From Octopus vulgaris (lineage: Eukaryota), in contig OX597834.1 in assembly GCA_951406725.2 (NCBI GenBank), forward strand, positions 1,364,001 through 1,428,000: 64,000 bases of DNA, written 5' to 3'. Below the pieces are notes generated by a model. It made no database searches. It was given only the letters and a program-made list of their open reading frames with translations, and was not told the DNA's origin. A program made the position numbers and the translations under genes. Shown in pieces: positions 1 to 12,820 of the stretch; within the stretch, counting starts at the first letter, position 1; each line of letters opens with the position of its first letter.

Positions 1-574
1 TAACTAGGACTCCTCCTTCAAGCCAGATTTTTCCGTTTAGAAAAGAACACATTGTATAATGTATTGTTGGGTTATTGACCCACAGGACAACGGCAGGATG
101 GTTATGGTTGGGACTGCTTTGGTGATGTGTCTGGTCGATGATGTTTGACCCAAGGCAAAATTTCACCACCACCTCCGACAACAACGATAACAATAACAGC
201 CATTATCATGACGCTGTGCTGATGTCGAAGAGATCTCAATGAAGAGATTTGGGCATGAAATCAACGAATATCTTTAAACTGCACAACAGAAAACATAAAG
301 ACAATTGAAATAAATAATTATGTTAGATCATTAACTGAATTTCTATGTTTAATTAACCATGAGAAATATAATGAGTTTATCATGGCCTCGGGAGGAAAAC
401 TAGAAAACTATTTTCTGTCTCCCCTCATTATTGTAATGCCGTTGACTGGAAGCTGCTTTAGAAATACCTCTTCATTGTTTTAATGTAATTAAAATAACAA
501 AGATGGAGAGGGAGGTCGACAGGTTTGTGGGGGGAGGTGTTTATCAGATCCCTTGTGGTATTTGTTCTGTCTCT

Positions 575-705
575 ATATGCTCCGAATTCAAATCCAGTTG
601 GTCGCGGTCGACTTTGATTTGCAGCGTCCCGGGGAAGATAAAATAAAGGACCAATCAAGTACCGGGGTCCGTGTAATCGATTGAGATTTGTGCCTATATT
701 AGCTG
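575..705 (+). mobile_element. Degenerate tRNA-derived SINE fragment (family of 7546-7751)
   Basis: GAATTCAAATCC B-box-like motif followed by GGTCGACTTTG...GATAAAATAAAGGACC...GTACCGGGGTC, matching the better copies in this window. Confidence 0.55.
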
Positions 706-764
706 TGGAGGCAATGATGGTTAATGGAGGTGTTGCTGGGGGGGGGGTTCGAGGCAATGATGGG

Positions 765-935
765 TGGTGGTCGTGGTCGTAGTCGTCGTCGTCGTCTTGG
801 TGGTGGTGGTGGTGGTGGTGGTGGAGGCGGCGGCGGCGGTGGTGGTGGCGGTGGTGGTGGCGGTGGTGGTGGTGGTGGCGGCGGTGGTGCTGGTGGTGGT
901 GGCGGTGGTCATCCCGTCGTCGTCGTCGTCGTTGG
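765..935. repeat. Compound (GGT/GGC/GTC)n trinucleotide microsatellite
   Basis: Directly visible; source of the poly-G/V/T ORFs. Confidence 0.95.
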
Positions 936-1019
936 TATTTCCCTTTTTGTCATCACCCAGCATTAAGACCTGATTATCTTGTTATGATTCCCTTACCATT
1001 TCAAACAAAAACAGTCAAG

Positions 1020-1150
1020 ATGGGGAAATGGTTGAAAGAATAGTGCGTCGAACAAAGTGTATTGCGATATTCAGCTCTTTATACTCCGAATTCACATCTA
1101 GTCGAGGTCAACGCTGCTGTCCGCCTGTTCGAGATCGACAAAATAAAATT
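1020..1150 (+). mobile_element. Degenerate SINE fragment (same family)
   Basis: GAATTCACATCTAGTCGAGGTCAAC...GAGATCGACAAAATAAAATTCC resembles the family core. Confidence 0.45.
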
Positions 1151-1921
1151 CCAATCCAGAAATGTGGATTGGCGGAATTATTAGAGCGTTGGGCAAAATG
1201 ATCTTCAGGAAAGTTCCGGTCTAAACACCCAGGAAGGTAGAGGGAACCCTAAGGACACAGGAAAGTATGGTGAACTCATCCGGATCTCGATGAGAAGATG
1301 CCAATATCTTGTAAAAGATACCTAAATGAAAATTTCAAGGAACTTCGTATTCTGCCAGAAAAATTCCAGGACAATCATAGAAGAATCGTGTTGGAAGTTA
1401 CCAAGGAGCGTTCACTGATTCACCTAATGAGGGAAGAAAGAAGTGGGAGGGAGGGAAGATATACAACCTTTGGACATGTTCTCTTTCGGTGAGAGTTGAG
1501 GTTAGAGAGTTAAGAGCTTTACTTCGCAGTTCAAAGATCCAGTGTGTATCGATCCTACAGCATGGCGTGGCGCCATAGTTACATGAAGATCCATACTTTC
1601 AGAAAGATACTAAATTTATGACAATTGTATCAAAGTCCATCGGGTGGCGCGAAACCGTGACTCATAGTTTCCACAGTCTTACCACAAACTATCACACACA
1701 ACAACCACATTATCCAATGACACTTCCTAAAATGGGAGGGTGATTTAGCTGCTATTTCTAACAGGCTGAGTGTCCGCAGTGACGTCCTTTTACTGATGGC
1801 AATGTTTGCCCCAGGTCAATCCGAACCAATAGACAGAGCTATGATCAAAGACATTCCAATCATGGCCATTTGTATATATTTTGGAATAGTGCATTATCCA
1901 ATTTCTCTTATTTGTCAGATG

Positions 1922-2035
1922 TTGAGATCTTTAAGTGGAGGGTAACTTCTGAACTACAGGTGAGTGAGATCTGTAAGTGGGGGGGTAACTCCTGAACTAC
2001 CGTTGAGTGAGATCTGTAAGTGGAGGGTGACTACC
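1922..2035. repeat. Minisatellite, ~42-43 bp unit, ~2.7 copies
   Basis: TGAGATCT(G/T)TAAGTGG(A/G)GGGT(A/G)ACT recurs three times, separated by GAACTAC..TGAG. Confidence 0.85.
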
Positions 2036-2200
2036 GAGGACACCATTTTGGTTTTAGAGTCACAATGAATTGGTAAATTAAAGCTTAAATTCCCAACCAG
2101 CCATGAAGATCTGACTGGGGATGAATAAAAAGCAGGTAGAATATGGGTGTCATCACTTTAATATAGCGGTAAAAGCCGATGTTAGACAACAAGATACAAT

Positions 2201-2231
<31 letters not shown>

Positions 2232-2844
2232 TCTTATCATTCACTCAAACATATACACCACCCTCTTTCTTTCACTCTCTCTACTTCCCTCTCTCTTCCT
2301 CCTCTTTTTCTCTCACTGTCTGGATTAACACAGAAGAGCGAGAACTGGAACGATAGTCTCATGTTTAGCAATATTGTGACATCTCCGACCATGTTTCGCT
2401 CTTATTAAACCACATCAGCCAAGCATCCCCGAACCATGGTTGTGAAATGTCAGCGGAATTTATGAAGAGATTTGTTTCCAATGCAGCCATGGGCAACCTT
2501 ATTCATGCTTGAATGATTTCGATAATGAAGGAAGAAGAGGAGCAAGCAGATTTAGATTAACAGAATATGTCTGGATTTGACGCAGCAGGTGCTTTGTTGA
2601 CGTGTGACTGGCTCACTGCCATCACAACCACCACCGCAACACTATCAGATATCACGACCACTGCCACTAGCACAATAACCATCCATATACAATCACAAAA
2701 CAAAATCATAATGAATGTCATCACATCTCAGACAAACAGCACACATCTACTAAACACCGATCTCATTTCTATCGATTCATCCATCTATCGCTCTATCGTT
2801 TGTTTATCTATCTATCTGCTTCCCTCTCTGTTTATCTCTCACCC

Positions 2845-2885
2845 TTTCTGTCTATCCATCCATCCATCCATCCATCCATCCATCC

Positions 2886-2943
<58 letters not shown>

Positions 2944-3133
2944 TTCTCTATCAATCTATGTCTGTCTGTCCGTCCGTCTCTCTATCGACCTATCTATCTA
3001 TCTACCTAGTCTGTCTGTCTGCCTATTTTCTATCTATTTATCTATATCTCTGTATGGTTGTCTATCAGTTTATCTACATTCATACATAGTACTAAAGCTT
3101 GTGTGTCTATGTGTGTGTGTCTGGTACTATAGC

Positions 3134-3174
<41 letters not shown>

Positions 3175-3205
3175 TAATAACAACAACAACAACAACAACA
3201 ACAAT
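2845..3205. repeat. (ATCC)n/(ATCT)n and (AAT)n/(AAC)n microsatellites
   Basis: Directly visible. Confidence 0.95.
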
Positions 3206-3475
3206 ATTAACATAATAAATCTAATAATGACGATGATGATAGTAATAATATTCTTACATCGGCCACTAACTCTGTTTTCACTATATCATGTCCATTGCTG
3301 TGTGTGTGTAGGCGCGCGCACGCGTGTGTGTGTGTGTACCGTGTGCTGCTGCCAACGACCTCAGGTAAAGTTCGTTAGGTGAGGCTGTTTAATTAGAAAC
3401 ACCAGGTTAATCATACATTTCTATTGAATTAATAATTAGATTAAATGCAACCGGCTTTGCTCTAAAAACATCATT

Positions 3476-3508
<33 letters not shown>

Positions 3509-3542
3509 GTTGCCCATCAACCGCTCGTGCCAGACTTCTTCG

Positions 3543-3599
<57 letters not shown>

Positions 3600-3720
3600 A
3601 TAAAACAATAAAATAAATGAATCTCAGCCGAGTATTCAGATTTTCAATCAACTGAGCTGCCTACTCATTGAGCTGTTTTCTAAGATTATGTATGGATAGA
3701 CACACACACACATATGTGTG

Positions 3721-3781
3721 TATATATATACACGCATACGTATAGACACACTTATACATACTTACATACATACATAGATAC

Positions 3782-3850
<69 letters not shown>

Positions 3851-3950
3851 TTATGTATGTATCTATGTATATATATATATATGTATATATATATTTATAT
3901 ATGTATCTATGTATGTATGTAAGTATGTATAAGTGTGTCTATACGTATGC

Positions 3951-3963
<13 letters not shown>
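3721..3963. repeat. Perfect ~67-bp inverted repeat around a (TA)n tract
   Basis: 3721-3787 is the reverse complement of 3897-3963 (CACGCATACGTATAGACACACTTATACATACTTAC...). Confidence 0.9.
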
Positions 3964-3982
<19 letters not shown>

Positions 3983-3987
<5 letters not shown>

Positions 3988-4795
3988 TGGTAAAGTAAAA
4001 AAATTCACTTTACCACACACCGAACTTTTCAGAAATAGCAGCCAAAAATTTGGCTATTTCTACAACTGCAAGTAAAAGTCTCCAGACAATGCATACTCAG
4101 AAAATAACTCACATAGGCATAAGGGAAATTTTTATAAATTAATACTTCAAATATACCGTAAATGGTCTTTTTACATACCGAATACTGCTTGGTCGAATTG
4201 ATTAACAATTAATTAGTTCTACCCTTTTTTACTGACAATATAATGCTTTCTCTCCAAGAATTTGAACTACAGTTTTTGCCTCTGTAGGAATGTACTACTC
4301 TATGACTCACGTGGGTGGACAGGGAGAATGATAGATCTCATTTGTATTTTTGGATTCGCTAGTACTGGTTGTCTGGCATGGTTTGTCCGATGTTACAGAT
4401 ATCGGACGGGTATGTTTGATTCTTAGTATTTTCAAATCTAAATCAGAAGAAATCTCTGAGCTGATGAAGGAAAAGTGGCGTTTAACCCACGAATCCAGAA
4501 ACAGGCTGTCCTCGGGTATCTTATATGGATGTGATCTTTCATCTTTTTCCCTTATACCTATGTGAGTTATTTTCTGAGTATGCATTGTCTGAAGACTTTT
4601 ACTTGCAGTTGTAGAAATAGCCAAATCTTTGGCTGCTATTTCTGAAAAGTTCGGTGTGTGGTAAAGTGAATTTTTTTACTTTACCATATTTTTATAAATT
4701 AATACTTCAAATATACCGTAAATGGTCTTTTTACATACCGAATACTGCTTGGTCGAATTGATTAACAATTAATTAGTTCTACACCTTTTTTACTG

Positions 4796-4801
<6 letters not shown>
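3983..4801 (+). mobile_element. Non-coding Penelope-like/pLTR-type element with hammerhead; layout inv(B)-C-A-B-C in (TA)n
   Basis: 3983-4128 is an inverted copy of 4546-4691; 4128-4240 is a direct copy of 4688-4801; hammerhead at 4455-4516; flanked by (TA)n on both sides. Confidence 0.75.
4455..4516 (+). ncRNA. Minimal type I hammerhead ribozyme
   Basis: Stem I TCTGAG/CTCGGG, CTGATGA 4461-4467, stem II GGA...GTGG/CCAC...TCC, GAAA 4498-4501, near-palindromic stem III ACAG-G-CTGT, GUC site (cleavage after 4510). Confidence 0.8.
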
Positions 4802-4828
<27 letters not shown>

Positions 4829-4833
<5 letters not shown>

Positions 4834-5422
4834 TAAATAAATGGCACAACGAAGCACCGATATTTACTGGAAAATAGCGAACGTAATAAATACGACGCTA
4901 ATGTATAGCTTCACTGCGCATGTACTAGTAGAGATGAGTGTGTGCAACAAACATGAAAAAAATTGTCTTACCTCTAGGAAGAACATCTGAAAAATAAAAA
5001 ACCTAGAAACGGATAATGCAGTACCGGTTTCAGATTCTTCAAAATACGTTTGCCAACGTATATTTGATTTATCTTCATCAGCTGCATATACCTCGACAAT
5101 ATTTCAAATGTTGCCACATCTATGCCAGTACACTCGTTTGAACGCCAAAACGTTAACAGAACGAGAACAGTGAAGAAGTTTCAATGAAAATAGTAATGCA
5201 ATACGAGAGTATTGCTTTCCAGTAAAGGATAGCCCGTGAGGGTAAAATTATACATAAGACAATTTTTTTCATGTTTGTTGCACACACGCATCTTTACTAG
5301 TACATACGCAGTGAAGCTATACATTAGCGTCGTATTTATTACGTTCGCTATTTTCCAGTAAATATCGGTGCTTCGTTGTGCCATTTATTTACTTTTATAT
5401 GTATAATTTTACCCTCACGGGC
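4829..5422 (-). mobile_element. Second non-coding Penelope-like element with hammerhead and long inverted repeat
   Basis: 4829-4970 inverted versus 5255-5397; 5232-5253 inverted versus 5401-5422; hammerhead at 5016-5087; homologous to 60092-60478. Confidence 0.75.
5016..5087 (-). ncRNA. Minimal type I hammerhead ribozyme
   Basis: Minus strand reads ATGCAG-CTGATGA-AGAT...ATCT-GAAAC-CG-GTA-CTGCAT; perfect 6-bp stem I, palindromic ACCGGT stem III, GUA site. Confidence 0.85.
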
Positions 5423-5629
5423 AAAATGTGCTTATTATCCAGCAGAAGTATGTGCCTGGATTTTAAAATTAAGGACGAATCAGTGAGACAAGTAGAGACT
5501 GTAGACTGCAAGTCCGCTTAGAGAGTAGTGTCAGCATCCAGGAGTCGCAAGAATGATACAATTGCGGCCTGACGCATAAGCATGGGCGCTGATTCTTTGT
5601 TTTCTATCGATCGGAGAAATACATATCGT

Positions 5630-6030
<401 letters not shown>

Positions 6031-6195
6031 TAATAGTAATAGTAATAATAGTAATAATAATAATAATAATATTTGTCAGTGAACAGGTCGCGGTCTTATT
6101 GCGACGAAAATATTTTGACAAATTAAACTTAAATGTTGAAGTGAATCGAACGGCTTTTGTGTGTTTCTTAAATGGCTTACAAACACCTTCCACGC

Positions 6196-6281
<86 letters not shown>

Positions 6282-6299
6282 TAATAATAATACCAACAA

Positions 6300-6695
6300 C
6301 AACAAATTAGGTAAATACAAGGACCTGAAAGTTGAAATACAAAAGATGTGGCATCTTCAAAAGAGAACTGTTTCTGTTATTGTAGGTCCTTTAGGTATGA
6401 TAAGAAAAAAGAGAAGTTAGAAACATCTAGATAAGATCCCAGAAGAACCATGTTTTAGAGTAATCCAAAAGATTGTGCTAACAAGTAATGCCTACATCCT
6501 TAAAAAAGAACCCTATACTTTTAAATACCTGTGTTGTATTAGATGGAGATATTTCGCTACTGCCCCTACCACTCCCCTCCCCAAACTTTCTGTCAAAACG
6601 TAATATCTCTTATCCTTCGCTCGCCCTAGGAGACTGGGTGTGTCACGGCAAGTTATTGTTACAAACATGCAGATTAAAAGTAAAAAAGAGCAATA
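6300..6695 (+). mobile_element. R4/Dong-type non-LTR retrotransposon, 3' fragment (family C)
   Basis: Directly after (TAA)n: KLGKYKDLKVEIQKMWHL...VIVGPLGMI (RLE C-terminus) plus 3' UTR homologous to 21060-21350 and 30597-30702. Confidence 0.85.
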
Positions 6696-6702
6696 ATCCT
6701 TA

Positions 6703-6853
6703 CTAGTACAGGCACAAGGCCAGAAATTTTGGGAGAAGGGACCAGTCGCTTATCGACTCCAGTCGATTATTAACCCCGTAAAGACGAAAGTCAAAGTCGA
6801 CTGCAGCGGTTTTTGAACTCAGAACATAAAGATGGACGAAATACTGTTAAGCA
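6703..6853 (-). mobile_element. tRNA-derived SINE, degenerate
   Basis: Matches 7546-7751 (AGGCACAAGGC...AAAGTCGAC...TTTGAACTCAGAAC...GACGAAATAC). Confidence 0.75.
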
Positions 6854-6854
6854 C

Positions 6855-6910
<56 letters not shown>

Positions 6911-6913
<3 letters not shown>

Positions 6914-7470
6914 GCCCTGATGCAGTACCAGGCAGTGGCTCTCATGGCTTCTGATCTTAACTGATTGGAAGTGCTATCATGTACATTGTTTTGTCTTGGT
7001 ATAAAAGATGGGCTAACAGCAAATATTCTGCTCAATACCACAGATTTGCTTGTCAGTTGTTTGACCTTAACCAGTTGACCATGCCCCTTAGTGACTGACA
7101 AAATGTGCAACTCTGATCATGAGCAGAAGTAGTGGGGGAGCATCAAAGCCATGTGTTGAGAGGGATTCTTTGGGGTTTAAATAATTCATCTCTGGAAACA
7201 TGGGTGTTTCATTTAACATACTTAAATAACCTTTATTCAAGGACCTTTTGAGTGGGATGGGTTACTCGACCTGAAGAAAATTCTAACTGGGCCCCACTTG
7301 CAAGGTCATGTGCTGTTTATCTTCATATGAGATCACCATATCGCGTACATATGGTTGTGATGAATGTGCCTGGTGTACCCTTATCAGACGGGGAGTCATG
7401 ATGGGTATACTGGGCTTCGTATATTTTACCCCAGTGTCACTTTGATGGCATGCACTGCTCTCTCACTCAA
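6911..7470 (+). mobile_element. ~560-bp non-coding interspersed element embedded in (TAA)n
   Basis: (TAA)n on both sides; partial copies at 5630-6030; no ORF; strand inferred from TAA polarity. Confidence 0.65.
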
Positions 7471-7475
7471 TAATG

Positions 7476-7545
<70 letters not shown>

Positions 7546-7546
<1 letters not shown>

Positions 7547-7751
7547 CCTTTCTACTCTAGGCACAAGGCTTGGAATTCGGGGGAGGAGGAGAGTCGATTA
7601 CATCGATTCCAGTACTAAACTGGCACTTATTTTATTGACCCCGAAGGGAAGAAAGGCAAAGTTGACCTCGGCGAATTTGAACTCAGAACAGGCGAAATAC
7701 CGCTAAGCATTTCGTCCAGCATGCTACTGGTTCTGCCAGCTCGCCGCTTCT
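7546..7751 (-). mobile_element. tRNA-derived SINE
   Basis: Minus strand: GCGGCGAGCTGGCAGAA A-box region, GAGTTCAAATTC B-box, central GAGGTCAACTTTGCCTTTC...GGGGTCAATAAAATAAGT domain; several copies in window. Confidence 0.85.
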
Positions 7752-7752
7752 T

Positions 7753-7903
<151 letters not shown>

Positions 7904-8211
7904 GGTGATGGTGATGATGGTGATAATGATAATAATTACAGTAATAGTGCTGATAATCTATCTATCTATCTACACACACGTATACACACACACACACACA
8001 CACACTCACAGATTTCAGCCAACACAAACCTCACCTCGGCTCTTTAGATGTTAACCAAATATGAAAGTATTATTTGACAGGCAAGAATTCTAGCGTTGAA
8101 GACAGCCAGCCAGCCAACGAGACAGACAGACACTACTGTGATGGTGATAATGATAAAAACAAAAATAACAATAATAAGATACTGCTGTGACTACACATAA
8201 AACAATATCAT

Positions 8212-8258
<47 letters not shown>

Positions 8259-8391
8259 GTGATGGTGATGATGATAATGATGATGGTAATAGTGGTGATA
8301 ATGATAATAGTGATAATAATGGTGATGATAATAACAATAATAAGCCGACTACGGCTGCTATAATGGTACGATTATAATTGTAACAGCAATG

Positions 8392-11300
8392 ATGGCCGTC
8401 TCTCCAAGAGCCAATCAAAGCTCAAAAATGATAACATTATCGTAGCACCAAAATGTTTTTGGAAACTAAAAGGAAAACTAAATCAGTATACCAAATTGCT
8501 TGTCCTATGGTTAATCTGGAAGCGCGTCTCCCAGGAAAGAGCCAGCCTGGGATCGAAAAGTCATCAACTGGCACAAACTCTTCCCCGAATACGGACATGG
8601 ATGGTCACTTCAACGGGAAATTCCCCAACTCGAGCCCTCCAAGTTCACCACCACAACCACCACAGAAAGAAAAATGTAAGCGGAACAAATGGACCCGAGA
8701 AGAGTATAAAGAAGTAATATACGCTTATTACTATGCATTAGGTAGGCCATCTCAAGAGAGACACACCGCAAACTCTTACAGTATATGGAGAACACGGAAT
8801 CAAGACAGTAGGCCCTATTTGGACGGGAACAAATTGGCAAATGTGAGGAGGGATATCCTTAGAAATAACTGACTCACAGACAGTGAAATAAGCTCGATCA
8901 AGCACGCAACGGAAAATGACATAAATATGACACAAAGGAAATGAAGAATCAGATGAACGGTATAGCCCGCCACGAGGCTTAATTGAAAGACTGCCATCTG
9001 ACCAAAGTACGCAAAGGCCTGAAGATACACGAAATTCTATTGAACCTGTTAAAGATAGCCAGGAAAATGATAAAACAACGGTAACTGAAGATCTCGAATT
9101 TGCTGAAGAACACAGAGAGTCTATGGCAGAAATGAGGCAGAAAATCCTGAATACGCTTGAAGTTGTAAGACATACAAGTATGAATGATAGAGAACGACTT
9201 CATAAACTCTCAAATACAAACCAAAATAAAAAACAGATCCAAATTGGCAACTATGTAACAAATGAAATAATACAAGAATTAAAACCTGATTTTACTGAGT
9301 TAAATGAAATTATTTACGCTTCTGCTAGGGCAATTGAAACCAGCTGTATGCCCCCGAAAAAAACAAAGAAAACAAAACCTGGGAAGAAATCAAACCTGGA
9401 GAAGTAAAATTGAAAAAGAGATTGAATTTATGAGAGGGGAAATATCAATATTAAATGAACTAATATGTGGAAATGATGTAAGGATCCAGAACAGGAAGAA
9501 AGATGAAGAGAAAATTTGGATCCTCACCAAGGGAAGAACTGATATCAATAAAAGAAACGCTGAAACAAAAAGTTCAAGCAAAAGCCCAAAGAATACGAAG
9601 ATTTGAGAAGAGAAACAAGTTTTACAAGCAAAATAAGCTGTTCACATACAATGCCAAAAGATTCTACAGAGAAATAGGGATGGAGAAAGTAACCGTTAAA
9701 GACCCCCCTCCCATGGAAGAAGTTCAAAACTTTTGGAAAAGGATTTGGAGTGACAAGAAGACGTACAACATAAATGCAGACTGGATTATACAAACAGAAG
9801 GATCCTGCCAAAATTTACAACAACAAGCATGGGAAGACATCACAATAGCAGACCTAAGAAAGGCACTCGCGAAGGCCCATAAGTGGAAATTCCCCGGTAA
9901 AGATAGGGTGCCGAATTTCTGGCTCGCATCGCTCCCATGCGCACACGGTAAGCTAGTTCAGCTGCTCAATGGAATTATGAGAGACCCAAAGAAAACACCT
10001 GAATGGTTAGCAAGTGGTATTACTAACCTACTCCCAAAGAATAACGAAACCAACCTTCCCAAAAACTATCGGCCTATAACCTGTCTATCAACCACGTATA
10101 AAATCCTAACATCTATCCTGGCGGAGAAAACATATGCATTCATGGAGAAGAACGATATTTTCCCCATTGAACAAAAAGGGTGCCACCGAGTCTCATACGG
10201 ATGCAAAGATCAACTGCTAATTAATCGTATGATCCTTGAGAACTGTCACAACAAGCGCAGAAATCTCAGCTCCGCATGGATTGACTATAAAAAGGCCTTC
10301 GACAGTATACCGGATCCATGGATCTTGAGATCGCTGGACATCTTCAAAATTTCCCCTGTGATTTCAAACTTCCTGAAGCACAATATGTCGTTGTGGAATA
10401 CGAATCTCCAATTATACCACTCTAATGGAGTACTTGCCTCAGAAAATATAAACATCAACTGTGGAATTTTTCAAGGTGACTCACTTTCACCTTTAATATT
10501 CTGTATAGCCCTAATACCCCTTACAAGTGAATTAAACAGAACAGGGTATGGGTATAAAATTGCCAATAAAAAAATAAGCCATCTATTTTATATGGATGAC
10601 TTAAAACTCTATAGTAAAGACGATAATGAACTTGAAGGCCTATTGCGCACTGTGAAAGCATTCAGCGATGACATCGGGATGGAGTTTGGACTTGAGAAGT
10701 GTGCCAAGGCCACTTTCCAGAAAGGGAAAGTGAAGACCACAAATTCAGTCGTGTTAGATGTTGACACAGTCATAAGAGAGCTTGAGCAAGAACAAACATA
10801 CAAATATTTAGGGATAAATGAAGGCTCTGGTATTCAGCATGCAAGCATGAAAGAGAAGATCAGGAAGGAATGTTATAGGAGAGTTCGTGCAGTCCAGAAA
10901 TCTGAACTAAATGCACGTAACAAGGTGTTAGCTATAAATTCTTTAGCAGTTCCAGTTGTTACTTATAGCTACAATGTGTTGAACTGGAATATGAGTGAAG
11001 TAAAGAATATAGATAGGAAAATACGCAAGCTGCTGAGTTGTAATAGGATGCACCACCCAAAGGCAGACGTAGATCGCCTTTACCTTCCCAGAGCACAAGA
11101 AGATCGAGGCCTGATCCAATTTGAACTAGCTTAGAAAACAACCACAATTGGATTGGCCAAATATCTCGAAATAACGAATGACTGGATGCTAAAGCTCGTG
11201 GAAAATCACGAGAGACGAAAGAAGCTTCATTCTATCATAAAGAAAAGCAAAAAATTTGCTATTGATCTCGTGCAGGATACCCAAACTGAACAACCCGAGG

Positions 11301-12310
11301 GAAGTACGGCAACTATTGTTGCAAAGAAGGTGAAAATAATGGCAACGAAAAAAGCGCACGAGCAATTGGCTGATAGGTGGGAGGAGAAACCTCTGCACGG
11401 CAAATATGTGACCCGTAGCAAACAAGCTGATGTTGACCAGAAGCAAACCCATCAGTGGCTACGGAGCTCAGGGCTAAAAGCAGAGAGCGAAAGTTTCATC
11501 CTCGCTGCTCAAGATCAAAGCCTATTAACCCGGAACTACCAGGCCAATGTGATGAAAAATGGAGCAGACCCAAAATGCCGATTCTGCAACGACATGATTG
11601 AAACAGTGGACCACCTAATCTCTGGATGTAAAGTCTTAACACCAGTGGAGTATAAATTAAGACGTGACAGAGTTGGCCAATATCTACACTGGCTAATAAA
11701 TCGGCATTACAATATCAAAACTGCCGACAAGTGGTATAATCACCACCCTAAAGCTGTAACTGAAGGAGAAAATGTAACGATTCTGTGGGACTTTCCAGTA
11801 CATACAGACCGAACCATCAAAGCCAATAAACCGGATATTGTTGTGAAAGACCAAAACAATAAAGTTTGCTTATTGATCGACATGAGCATCCCCTGTGATC
11901 ATAATATCTCGGCGAAAGAGTTTGACAAGCTCAGAAAATATAAAGACCTGCTCATTGAAATTGAGAAAATGTGGCATCTCAAGGCGGTTACAATACCAGT
12001 GATCGTAGGAGCACTAGGAATGATCAAGAAGGGAACCGAAAATTATATGAGAATGATCCCTGGCTTACCATCCCTGCAAGAAGTGCAAAAGATTGTCTTA
12101 ACTGGTACATCACACGTATTGAGAAGAGCATTGTCGATGTGAGGACTGTTGTTGCTCATGTATTTTAATATAACTTTAAAAAAAATGAACGAACTATTGA
12201 GTTTGGTTTAATGGCCTACCAATGTATACTATGAGTTTCTTTGCCCTAGGAGTCGGGAAGACACTCGGCAAGAAATGGAAGCAAATTTGAAAGAATAGGG
12301 AAAAAAAGAT
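8392..12310 (+). mobile_element. Near full-length R4/Dong-clade non-LTR retrotransposon (family A), disabled
   Basis: N-terminal RNKWTREE motif; RT with IFQGDSLSP and YMDDLKL (9503-11134); in-frame TAG at 11132; CRFC...HLISGC CCHC knuckle, RHD mutated to RRD, KPDIVV...LIDMS...KYKDL endonuclease (11153-12142); stops and frameshifts in 8870-9500; 3' UTR ends in (TAA)n. Confidence 0.93.
9503..12142 (+). pseudogene. RT-RLE polyprotein of Dong/R4 element with one internal stop
   Basis: ORFs 9503-11134 and 11153-12142 share a frame across a TAG. Confidence 0.9.

Positions 12311-12820
<510 letters not shown>

Noticed and set aside
1922-2035. Regularly spaced repeat as a CRISPR array
   Set aside because: Intervening sequences are also repeated (no unique spacers), the context is eukaryotic and there are no cas genes
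7271-7277. CTGAAGA hammerhead core
   Set aside because: No downstream stem II and GAAA
8392-8600. HDV-like ribozyme at the Dong 5' end
   Set aside because: Could not build the nested double pseudoknot by eye; needs a descriptor search
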